Assembly (NCBI RefSeq): GCF_020745735.1
Contig: NC_083448.1
Coordinates: forward strand, 12,584,006 to 12,648,005
Source: Hemiscyllium ocellatum
Taxonomy: Eukaryota
DNA length: 64,000 bases
Direction: 5' to 3'
A model generated the notes under the pieces. That model was given only the letters and a program-made list of their open reading frames with translations, made no database searches and was not told where the DNA came from. Position numbers and translations under genes: made by a program. The stretch's first letter is position 1. Each line of letters opens with the position of its first letter. This document shows, piece after piece, positions 37,701 to 47,800 of the stretch.

Positions 37701-38160
37701 GCTCCTTGACCCACACCCATCCTTGTCTCTGATTATCCCCAAATGGGGCAATTAGCATCCTTCACTTCATGTAAATTGGAAAGTTGCTTGAAGTAAATGT
37801 TGGACCAGGCTGTGTAACTGAAGAGGGCTGTGTTCACATTGAGGATAACCATGGACTGGTTGAGCCAAGTGTCTTGAATCCCTCTTGTGTTTGTTCTCTA
37901 TTCATTTGCTGAGGTGAAGTAGTTGTCTCAATGAGCCATTAACATCTGTTACCAATAATTGATATTTTTCTCGTGGCAGATCTGACTAGTTTTTACCTCT
38001 TCAGGTGATTATCGAAGGTGTGCTGGGACCAAGCTATCAGAGCGATGCTGCAATTGATGACATACAGATCTACAGAAATAACTGTGACTCAAGCTGGAAG
38101 CACTGGAACCCAACCTGCAATCGAAGTCTGAAGAAAAGGGACAAATCGCACTTGGGTTAG
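19730..38160 (+). CDS. Ovastacin (ASTL)-like astacin metalloendopeptidase with mucin-like repeat region and C-terminal MAM domain, ~1326 aa
   Basis: 12 phase-compatible GT-AG exons: 19730-19790, 19877-19984, 20353-20414, 20791-20884, 23568-23685, 26818-26999, 27837-27918, 30623-30783, 32460-35159, 36242-36367, 36858-36988, 38005-38160 (3981 nt). Motifs: FLIEGDI propeptide switch, R/NA maturation site, [18 protein letters not shown] zinc motif, [17 protein letters not shown]...LYNC, then MAM (CDFE..CDW...DDFDW...GHYLY...CLTFWY...GNQG..W...AIDDI). The first two exons are less certain. Confidence 0.88.
19877..19984 (+). CDS. ASTL-like exon 2 (propeptide)
   Basis: ...EDAIVRINQ, donor gtaagt; resembles the ovastacin DIPAINQ segment. 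Confidence 0.7.
20353..20414 (+). CDS. ASTL-like exon 3
   Basis: [20 protein letters not shown] (astacin FEGDI aspartate switch). Confidence 0.88.
20791..20884 (+). CDS. ASTL-like exon 4
   Basis: [31 protein letters not shown]. Confidence 0.88.
22000..23150 (+). mobile_element. Highly degraded CR1 LINE, interrupted by a MITE
   Basis: ENHRPLNL, 'tggcaaatggaata' (WQME) and 'agggcacaatctcagg' remnants. Confidence 0.6.
22856..22998. mobile_element. Tc1/mariner (Tigger/pogo-like) MITE
   Basis: Inverted termini cagaggaacctcgattatcc ... ggataattgaggttccgttg, flanked by TA on both sides; degenerate inverted copy at ~61721-61862. Confidence 0.8.
23568..23685 (+). CDS. ASTL-like exon 5
   Basis: [40 protein letters not shown]. 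Confidence 0.92.
23830..24140 (-). mobile_element. HE1/V-SINE-type SINE
   Basis: ctgtgggaggaaatctgagtacccagaggaaacccacgcagac core, as at 15298. Confidence 0.8.
25350..25557 (+). mobile_element. Solo LTR (208 bp)
   Basis: TG...CA termini; 5-bp TSD caaga (25345-25349 and 25558-25562); internal CCAAT/ATTGG, TATAAAA and AATAAA. Confidence 0.8.
26358..26452 (+). mobile_element. Short Penelope-derived element with hammerhead-like core
   Basis: CTGATGA-agggcttttgccc-GAAAC, homologous to the Penelope 3' end at 59160-59258. Confidence 0.75.
26818..26999 (+). CDS. ASTL-like exon 6 (zinc-binding site)
   Basis: [60 protein letters not shown]. Confidence 0.95.
27837..27918 (+). CDS. ASTL-like exon 7 (Met-turn region)
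   Basis: [28 protein letters not shown]. Confidence 0.92.
28388..28680 (+). mobile_element. HE1/V-SINE-type SINE
   Basis: tRNA-like head gctcagtggttagc...gggttcaattcc; tail cacactgcagggattct. Confidence 0.82.
28770..30465 (+). mobile_element. Degraded CR1 LINE
   Basis: KTFDKIPH, 'gagggtccagaggagattgactaggatg' and other CR1 RT/3' remnants. Confidence 0.78.
30623..30783 (+). CDS. ASTL-like exon 8
   Basis: [53 protein letters not shown]. Confidence 0.92.
32460..35159 (+). CDS. ASTL-like exon 9: 2.7-kb exon with linker, PTS repeats and the start of MAM
   Basis: Stop-free 899-codon frame; acceptor tag at 32457-32459 after a pyrimidine tract; phase matches exons 8 and 10. Confidence 0.87.
33641..34860 (+). 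repeat. Coding tandem repeat, 30-nt unit (GAGACTCTGCCAGTGTCCACTCCCCCTGCA; [DE]TLPVSTPPA), ~40 copies
   Basis: Directly visible in both DNA and translation. Confidence 0.95.
36242..36367 (+). CDS. ASTL-like exon 10 (MAM)
   Basis: [42 protein letters not shown]. Confidence 0.9.
36858..36988 (+). CDS. ASTL-like exon 11 (MAM)
   Basis: [44 protein letters not shown]. Confidence 0.9.
38005..38160 (+). CDS. ASTL-like exon 12 (end of MAM, stop)
   Basis: [51 protein letters not shown]. Confidence 0.9.
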   Translation: MIIEGVLGPSYQSDAAIDDIQIYRNNCDSSWKHWNPTCNRSLKKRDKSHLG

Positions 38161-38407
38161 AGTGTTGTGACAGGCAATTTGCTTCTCTCCAGTCCTACAA
38201 GGGATGTGTTGACTGCCCAGGGCAGTGTTCTTGGATTGGCAATTCTACACACCAAGGGGACAAGCGATGTGTTGTATTCAGGGGAGGACCCTGCCATGAA
38301 GTATTAAAGAGATGAAGTGTCACCTTGAGAGTTTGGAGCTTTTTTCAACAACTAACTTTCTTGCCAAAACCTCTTCCTTCTGAGATTACATATTCAGGAT
38401 CAGATGC

Positions 38408-38413
38408 AATAAA
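38408..38413 (+). terminator. Candidate polyadenylation signal of the ASTL-like gene
   Basis: AATAAA ~250 nt after the stop codon, followed by GT/T-rich sequence. Confidence 0.6.
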
Positions 38414-38819
38414 TGTTTAGAATTTGTTTTACCTTCGCTGTGTTATGAATTTTCTCCTAACTCAGTTCATGAACTGGGTTTTAAATGCCTTTGACAACAC
38501 TGCCCCCTATCTCTTAATCACAAATCACAAATCATGCATCAATCATCTTTTAAAAACCTCAGGACATTCCAACAGCTTCACAACAACATTCCTTGTTGTA
38601 TTGTTGGAAATGAAACATAGTTTATGCACAGCAAGCTCCTCAACCAGCAGTTTATTTTTTGTGATGTTGACAGAGGGATAAATACTGACTGAGACTCTCC
38701 TCGTCTTCTTGAAAATAATGCTATTGAATGAAAAGACAGGACACTCCATTTAACACCTGATGGTCATTTCAGTGTTCCCTCTAAGCTGTTGAATCATACA
38801 GCAACTCGGAAGTTCCCAA

Positions 38820-41000
38820 ATATAAGAATGTAAGAAACAACAAAAGAATAGACAACATGACTGCTCAATTCTGTACAGCCATGCAATATGATGATGGCTG
38901 TTGTTGAGCTTCAACTCCACTTGCCTGCCTGCTTCGTACATCCCATGTCTCCCAAAAGACCAAAAATATGTCAGTTGCAGCCTTAAATGCATTCAATGAT
39001 GGATGATTCACAATGTTCTTGGAGAGAGAATTTCAAAGATTCACAGCCCTTTGAATGAATAAGTATTTCCTTATTTCAGCCCCCCGGCTTTCTCCTCAGG
39101 CATGTTCTTCATATCCACTAGGTCAAACACCTCTTAATATCTACACTGTAAGTTCCTTCAGATTGTCTGAATGAAATCGCTTCTCATTCTTCCCATTTCG
39201 AGGGAATGAAGACTTAATTTACTCAGCTTCTTATTATATAAAAAACCCTTTGATCCCAAAGTAGGTAGGTATGGGACCTGGCATCAGAATCGGTGGCTGC
39301 TACATTGGTGAGGTAGGCCAAGCAGCGAAGGATGGCATCTGAAGAACAGCACCTTCATCGTTGGTTGGAGCCAGCATTATTGGTGGTGGAAAGGCATCAC
39401 AGTGATGTTGAGATGGGCCCAGCGCTGACGATAGAAATCAGTTCAGTGGTGGAAGATGGCACCTGAAGAGTGTCTATTTCAACATTGGTTGAGTGCAGTG
39501 TAAGTGGCAGTATGGGTGTCATTGTTGATGAGCTGGCTCAGGATTGATGGATTGTCTCAAAGCTGTACACAGAACATAAGAACTCGGAGCAGGTCAAGAC
39601 CATCTGACCCTTGGATCAATAAAATCATGGCTGATCTTTTCATGGCCCAACTCCACTTCCCCGCCCTCTCACCATAACCCTTATTTCCTTTACTGTTCAG
39701 AAAATGATTTATATTCGCATTAAAAGCATTTACTGAGGAAGCCTTAATTACTTCACTGGCAGGAAATTCCATAGATTCCCCACCCTTAGGGTGAAGAAGT
39801 TCTTTCTCAATTCAGTCCTAAATCTGCTCCCCCTAATTTTGAGGCTATGCCCTTTTGTCCACCAGTGAAAACATCCTCTCTACTTCAATCTTATCCGTTC
39901 CCTTCATAATTTTATGTTGCTCTAAGATATCCTCTCATTCTTAATAATATGGCTTAAAAATATGGGGTAGACCATTTAGGACAGAGGTGAGGAGAAACTT
40001 CTTCACCCAGAGAATGGTGGCTGTGTGGAATGCTCTGCCCCAGAGGGCAGTGGAGGCCCAGTCTCTGGATTAATTTAAGAAAGAATTGGATAGAGCTCTC
40101 AAGGATAGTGGAATCAAGGGTTAAGGCAGGAAGCGGATACTGATTAGGAATGATCAGCCATGATCATATTGAATGGTGGTGCAGGCTCTAAGGGCTGAAT
40201 GGCCTACTCCTGCACTTATTGTCTATTGTCTTCTAAATTCCAACGAATATAATCCCAGTCTACTCAGTCTCACCTCATAAGTCAACCCCCTCAATTTTGG
40301 AATCAACCTATGGAAACTCCTCTGCACCCCCTCTCATCTCAGTACATCCTTTCTCAAGTAAGGAGACAAAAACTGCAAGCAATACTTCGAGTATGGCCTC
40401 ACCAGCACCCTATACAGCTGCAAGATAACGTCTCTGCTTTAACATTCAATCCCTTTAGCCATGAAGGACAAAATTCAATTTGCCTTCTTAATTACCTGTT
40501 GCATCTGCAGACCAACCTTTTGTGATTCATGCACAAGGACACCCAGGTCCCTGTGGACAGCCAGTTCCATTTACTATTCAAATAATAATTCTTTCTCCTG
40601 TTATTCCTATCAAAATGGATGACTTCACATTCATCTACATTGTACTCCATCTGCCATACCTTTGCTCACTCATTTCAACCAATGATGTCCCCTTGCAAAG
40701 TTTCACAGTCCACTATATACTTTGTTCCACAACTCATCTTATTTTGTTCTGCAAACTTTGACACACTACACATGGTCCTCAACTCTAAGTCATCTTTGGA
40801 AATTGTGAATAATTGTGGTCCCAACACTGCTGATCTCTGAGACACACCACCAGTCACTGATTGCCAACCAGAAAAGCATTAATTTATCACCATTCTTTGC
40901 TTCTTGTTAGTTCAGCAGTCCTCCATCCATGCTAATACATTGCCTGTAATGCCTTTCATATTTATCTTATGTAGCCGTCTTTTGTGCGGCACCTTGTCTA
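38820..41000 (-). mobile_element. Antisense CR1 fragments with a nested sense CR1 3' piece (~39943-40230)
   Basis: Minus-strand GVSQRSAVLGPQLFTI...SKFA; the nested piece ends in a (TATTGTC)n tail. Confidence 0.78.
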
Positions 41001-41689
41001 TTTTTTTTTCCTTTTATAACTGTTCAAAATTATGCTGGATTGCGGCATCAGTGGAAAAGCTTTTCACTGTATTTTACTATTTTTCTCACTTTAAAATACA
41101 TATGATAATAAAACAATTCATTCATTTTACATGCTTTCTTTGATGCCAGTATTTGACGTGTGCGCACTGCACATACTATTCAACATGCTCTGGAATTTCT
41201 CGGGCTGTTTAGTGTTCTCAGTAAATTTAGATATTTTGCTCTGAAATTAATATGTAGTGCAGAAGAAGATGGATTTGATTTCCATCTGGATGTGAGTTGT
41301 AAAATGCTTTGGCTGACTTGACAATGAGGTTGGCAGGTAACACAGTTCTGATCAAAATAAAGCAATGAACTGCGGATGCTGAAGATCTGAATCAAAACTC
41401 CAAGACAAATTCGGCAGCATTGTGTGGAGAAAGTCGAGTTAATATTTCAAATTCAGTGATAAGCTTCACTCCACATATGGTGCCAGATTTGCTCAACTTG
41501 TCAAGCAATTTCCGTTTGTTTACCGTTCTGACCAAGGTGTTCAACTTGAAGATAAAGTTGCCTCTTGTTTTCGGATTTTGAGATGCTAACTGAAGTATTT
41601 CTCTGAGATTAGAGCTTTGTTGGGAGGGCGACTGATTAAAGGTTGCAGATCCAACTCCTCTGTTGCAGCCTTGGGATTGAGCTGCAGTT

Positions 41690-41764
41690 ACCCGGCGCCA
41701 CCACGGATAGCAGCCGTGAGCACCGGTGTACTGACGTCATATCACCGGGACTCAAGATGGCGGC
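41690..41764 (+). promoter_or_regulatory. DDX56 CpG promoter with CRE (TGACGTCA, 41732-41739) and YY1 motif (CAAGATGGCGGC) overlapping the ATG
   Basis: Motifs read directly from the sequence. Confidence 0.65.
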
Positions 41765-41813
41765 GGAGAAGTTGAGGTTCCACGAGATGGGACTTGATGA
41801 GAGAGTTTTACAG
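41757..41813 (+). CDS. DDX56: DDX56 exon 1
   Basis: [19 protein letters not shown]. Confidence 0.9.
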
Positions 41814-44800
41814 GTTAGACAGGGAGAGGGATAAAGATAAAAATAAAAATAGGGAAAGGGAAAGGCGAGTGTGATAAAGGACGGGATATTATGTTTGTTC
41901 TGGGTCAGAGAGAGTGAGTATCATGTACGACAGGATGGAGAGGGGAAAGTGGTGAGTGAGTCATGGAGCCCTGGAGGGGTTTGGAAGAAGATCTAGAAGT
42001 TTACTGTCTGTGTGTCTGCTGGGGAGAAAGAGGGAAGGTGGATGGGAAGAGGAGAGTAGGGGATGGGGAAAAGGGAGATAGGGTGAAGGGGAGAGGGAAG
42101 GAGGGTGGGATGGGTGGGGGGGGAAGACGATTGGGGAGAGGAGGAGGGGAAGAAGGTTGGTGAGGGAGTGGGAAGGATAGGGGCTTAGGGTATGGGTAGA
42201 GGGAGGGTGAGGAGAAGTTATGGGGGAGTGGGGAAAAGTGGAGTCAAGTAGGGTTGGACAACCAGCAGTTAACCCAAATGACTTGAATGGCAAATCTGAA
42301 GTTCAAGGTGTGTGGGGAGAACAGGTTAAGCAAGCAATCATTCTGGGTCATGAAAGCTTACAAGTGTAGCAAAGCATTATCAATCACTGCAAATGCCCAA
42401 AGACAGGATAGTATTTTTCTCAGATTATGTCTGGGATGTTGGCATTGCTGGCTGCACCACCATTTACTACTTATTCCTAGTTGTCCAAGAGAAGGTGGTG
42501 AAAATGTGTTGTTGGAAAAGCGCAACATTTTCAGCTCTGATGTCCAGCATCTGAAGTCCTCACTTTCTCCGGGAGAAGGTGGTGCTGAGCTGCCCTTTTG
42601 AATCACTGCTGCCATGTTATGGTAGTTCCACAGTACTGTTGTGGCAGATATTCCAGAATTTTAATGCTCTTGTTACCATTAGCAATACTCAGTGTGGTTC
42701 ATCTTGTGTACTGATGAAGAACGATGTGCTAGGAAGATTAAAACAATAAGACTTATACAAAGTAATATGCAGAATCCATATATGGAAGAAAAGTGATGGA
42801 ATGTGGGGTTGGAGTTGGACAAGGGGGGGCTTTGGTTGCAGCAAAGATGATGTCAACTTCTTGAAATTTTGACTAAAGATGCAAATATAAATTTTACGTT
42901 GCTTAGGCAATTGCAAGCCTCAGTTGGGCTGAACCAACTTTGATCCAGGAAAAAGCCATTCCTTTGGCACTGGAGGGAAAGGATCTCCTTGCCAGAGCAC
43001 GTACAGGATCAGGAAAAACTGCAGCATATGCTATCCCCATCATAGAGCATCTTCTTAACACCAAAAAGGTAATCAAATTATTAGATTGACTTTATTTGTC
43101 TTCATTTTTAATCATGCTAAATTTATCAATGTGATGAGTTCGATATATCTTCTTGAGCCTCTACTTGGCATTGAGGTCAACAAGTTGTCTTGGAAATTGC
43201 TGTTATGCTCCATGTCTCAACAGTACTTCAGAATTCCAAGGGTGGAGGATTTCAAAGCTTGGAGAGACCTATTTGTAAGGTGAAAGGACAAAGATTTAAA
43301 AAGACTTGGGTAATTTGTTTTTTTCACAGTGAGTAGTTTGCGTTTGGAATGAACTTTCAGAGGATGTGATGGAGGCAGGTACAGTTAGAACATTTTAAAA
43401 GACATTTGGATAAGTACATGAATAAGAAATACTTGCAGGTATTAGAACCCACTTGGCAGTTGGAAAATGTTTAGTTCGGGATTGTGGTCAGCATGGACTG
43501 ACCGGACCGAAGGATCTGCTTTTGTGCTGTATGACTCTGACTTTATGTTGCCCGTGTGTAGCTGATAATGGAGTTTGCATCTGCCTTCATTCATTGTTAT
43601 GAAGAGCTCGTTCTTATGTCAGGGAAGTACCTTTTGCGACCACTTGGCACAGGCTGCATGAGTTGTCAACATTGCAGAACAAAGTTATAATGAAGCATTG
43701 ATTTTCTGTCTTTGTTTAGTCAGTCTGCGAGCAAGCAGTGCGAGCTCTCATATTGGTTCCCACAAAGGAACTAGGTCAACAAGTGCTGCAGATGATCCGA
43801 CAACTCACATTGTGTTGTGCTCGGGATGTTCGAGTGGCTGATGTTTCGGGACAGGTGGATGTATCAGCACAAAGGTATAAAATATGAGTGCATGATTTTG
43901 GGGCACTTGCCTTCAGTATCATAACTTGAGTAAGTTCTCACTTACGACATTCTTTCAGGCCTATATTAATGGAGAAGCCTGACATTGTTATTGGTACGCC
44001 TTCTCGAATTCTGCTACATTTGGAACAGCACACCCTGAACCTCAGCACCACACTGGAGATGCTTGTCATTGATGAGGCTGATCTACTCTTCTCATTTGGA
44101 TTTGAAAATGATCTGAAAAACCTGCTGGGGTAAGTTTCTTTTTCTCAAAACTCCTATTGGTTCAGTGTCATCACAGAACTGGAGAGAGTGAAGATTGAGA
44201 CACTGTTGGAGTTATTGTAAAGGTTGACAGCCAGATTGCACCAATTTAAAGCAAGTTGCAAAAGAAGCAAAGACAACGTGTGGAATTTCTTTCAGATATA
44301 TGGCTGGGCTCTGAAATGCATTGTCTGAGAGTAAGTACAATTGGGGCTTTCAGAATTATGGAAAATTCAAGAGGGGCAAAGAGTAAGTGGAGAAAAGCTG
44401 GATTGTGGGATTCGTCAAGTTGGTCCTGCAAACTGCTCACAAGAGTGTGATGACCCAAGTGGCGCCTCCATGTTTTTATTTTAAACCAGTGTGTCTGGTG
44501 TACTGAGTGCTGGCGCTATGCTAATATTGCTACTTTCACTGCTGTTTTACTGGAGTCTCATGACCTCACCCCCCCGGCCTGTAATTATATTTTTGATTGT
44601 TACAGTATCTGTAACATTGAGGCCCTTTGGGGTTATGGTTGAGCTAAATGGATTGCTTGTCTTCAAGGCTTATTCTGTCTTTTTGCAGGCACCTTCCAAA
44701 GATTTACCAAGCATTCTTGATGTCAGCCACATTTAATGAGGATGTTCAGACATTGAAGGAACTGGTGCTTCATAACCCGGTAAGAAATCTTCTCAAATGC

Positions 44801-47800
44801 AACAGAGGCCTTTCCCTGTGTCTCAAACAGGAAATTGTTGTTTCCATCCTCAATCTCGATACTGAGCACATAATCTGTGCACCACACAGGAGATAAGAGT
44901 GTTCATAGCTCTAGATGACACTTTTTAATCTGAAGATGTATTTATCTATACTCCATGTGTATGAAAAGGTTCAATTTCATTTTGTGGAATTCAAATGGGG
45001 ATTTCTGCCTGTGTTTTGGCCAGCATTGTCTTTCTTGCACGATGAATTTTGACAGGTTAGCATGTGTTAGTCACAGAAGAGCTATGTCTTTTCCGAAAAC
45101 GATGACTATTTCTCACAATGTAACTCATTTTACATGAGCTGGGTGGTCTCTTGAGGATACAAAAGGTCATGTATGAATCCAATTTCTTTCTTTGTCTGGT
45201 CAATTGTATGATATTCAAGTTGTGCAAAGACAGTTTGTCCATGAGCACTAAAGCAAATGTATTGTAAATGCAATTGGTATTTTATTCCTATGAGCAGTGA
45301 GACAGACATGATAAAGATAATTATTATGGATAGTATTTTATTGTTTTTACATTCAGGGAGCTGTAACGCCAGCCATTATCTTGTTGAAATGGGGAGAAGG
45401 CATGAGGGGTTAATGCATCTATTTCCTGCATTTCCATGTTACTGAACTTAAGGTAGATGGAAGTGCTTGATTCCAGAAGAGGGCATTGCCAGACAAACAG
45501 ACTGGTACATGTCCGGTTTTATGTCTTGGTGTGAATTAGTGGTTCAGGCAGCATCCAAAGTGCAGTGAAATCGACGTTTCGGGCAAAAGCCCTTCATCAG
45601 GAATGTCTTGGTGTGTCCACTGTAACCTGATATCCTTTACCCTTGCAGATGATTCTGAAGCTCAAGGAGTCTCAGCTTCCGGATAGCTCACAGCTGATCC
45701 AGTACCACATTAAATGCGAGGAGGAGGAGAAATTCCTTCTGATTTACACATTTCTCAAACTCTCCCTTGTCCGTGGCAAGACCATAATCTTTGTGAATTC
45801 CATTGATAGATGCTACCGGCTGAAACTATTCTTGGAACAATTCAGCATATTGGCATGCGTCCTAAACTCAGAATTACCGGTACACTCCAGGTAGAATCAT
45901 GTTTGGTAACTGCTATCTGCTCGATTTCTCTCGCGTATACATGCTCTTTGCTCCAAAACCCGCAAAGTCCTCATACTCGCATGTTCCTATTAGAGATCAC
46001 AAAAAGAACTATCAAATAGCGGATAAAAAGCACTTGCTCACAGTTGTGAAATATTATAAGAAATCATCTGTTTTGAAAGGGAAACTCGTTAATGCCACAA
46101 TTATTTCTTCTCCTTCTGTTGAGCTGGGAAATCAAGTATTTTAGGTTGTACATGCACAAGATGTGACACACCACTGCAGAAAGTTTCTGTATGAATATAT
46201 TTAGGACAGTATGGATGATGAGATTGGAATGACCTTTATACTATGAGCTGTAGATTTAGTGGAAAAGTTGTACTATGATGTAGAGAGTTGGGCAAATAAA
46301 TTGCATCTTTGGTGTACCTTTTATTTCCTGTATTTTTCCATTAGGTGTCATATCATCAATCAGTTCAATCGGAGTTTGTATGATTATATCATTGCCACAG
46401 ATGAACATATTTTGACAAATTTAAGTGGCTCAGAGGAACAAAAGACAAAAAAGAAACAGTGTAAAAAAGCAAGGTAATCATGATCAATTTCGTTTAGCCC
46501 TATGAATGAAAAATTCTGTCTTCTAAATTACCTTAAATTGTTATTTACAAGTCTGGATTTCTTGCTTTGTTGTTTGAATTTGCTTGATGTTTGAGTCTCA
46601 ATTAGCTTAGTTTTTCTGAGTCAAGATTAGAGTGTGCTGGAAAAGCACAACAGGTCAGGCAACATCCGAGGAGCGGGAAAATCGACGTTTTGGGCAGAAG
46701 CCCTTCATTAGGAATCTCTCTGAGTTTGGGATTTTCTGCTTCTGTGAATTTGGCCATCTTCTGGGCATGTGTAGCTCTAATTTGCAGTTAGCTCTACCAT
46801 GTTACATATCAGAGCTGAAGGATCAAAATGCTGAAAAATAAACTGACTTTCTCTCCAACATCAACATAAAATATCTGGCTGGCCCTAACCTAATTCTGGA
46901 ACCATGTCAGTATGCTCTGTACTCTGGGGCATGAAGTTATTGGGCTTGCATACTCTGGTCTACAATTTCATAAATAAAAACACTCTGTTCTTTCCTTCTG
47001 GTGTAGTTCATTCAGTGTGTTCAAATGGTTAGAATATTTATGATTTGCTATTGACCAGTCTTTCTGTTCTTTCAGAGCCAAGGATCGTGAATATGGGGTC
47101 TCCAGAGGAGTGGATTTTTATAATGTTTCGAATGTTATTAACTTTGACTTCCCACTCTCAGTGGAGTCCTATATACATCGTGTTGGCAGGTGAGATATAA
47201 TGTGGACCTGTACACCAAGCAGCTTTCCCACATGTCATTTTCATGTTTGTTCTGTCCTTGCTGCACTGTTGTCTCATGTACTGGCAGCTTCTCTTTTAGA
47301 TGCTGTCACTGTTTGGTATCATACACATAATTTGCCTGGCTGCATCAATCCTACTGGTATCATGCTAGCTTTGTTTATTTTATGAATACTGAAATGAGAA
47401 ATGAGTTACGTATTTGATAGTTAAATTCTGACTTTAATTGTTCTCCATAGGACTGCCCGTGCGAATAACCAGGGGACGGCATTGACGTTTGTATCTCACA
47501 CAGAATTGCCACTACTACAGAATGTGGAGGATGCACTTGCTGGAGGTTTGTTCCAAGTAACGTTCCTGATGAAGGGCTTATGTCCAAAACATTGACTCTC
47601 CTGCTCCTTGGATGCTGCCTGACATTTTCCAGTGCCACACTTTTTGGCTAATATTTATCCTTTCTCTGTTCTGTGTTGCTGCCTTAGATGCTTTGAATGC
47701 TGTCTGGTCTTGTTTTCTTGGTTTGGTTTGTCAAGTGGAGAGTTGTAGTGTGAGTCTGTGTTGAGAATTCTTTTGTGAGGTTTTCTAATGAAGGATCATT

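Noticed and set aside
19730-38160. Calling the gene a meprin (MEP1A/MEP1B)
   Set aside because: No MATH, EGF or TM domain; MAM is separated from the protease by ~850 aa; catalytic motifs are ovastacin-like.
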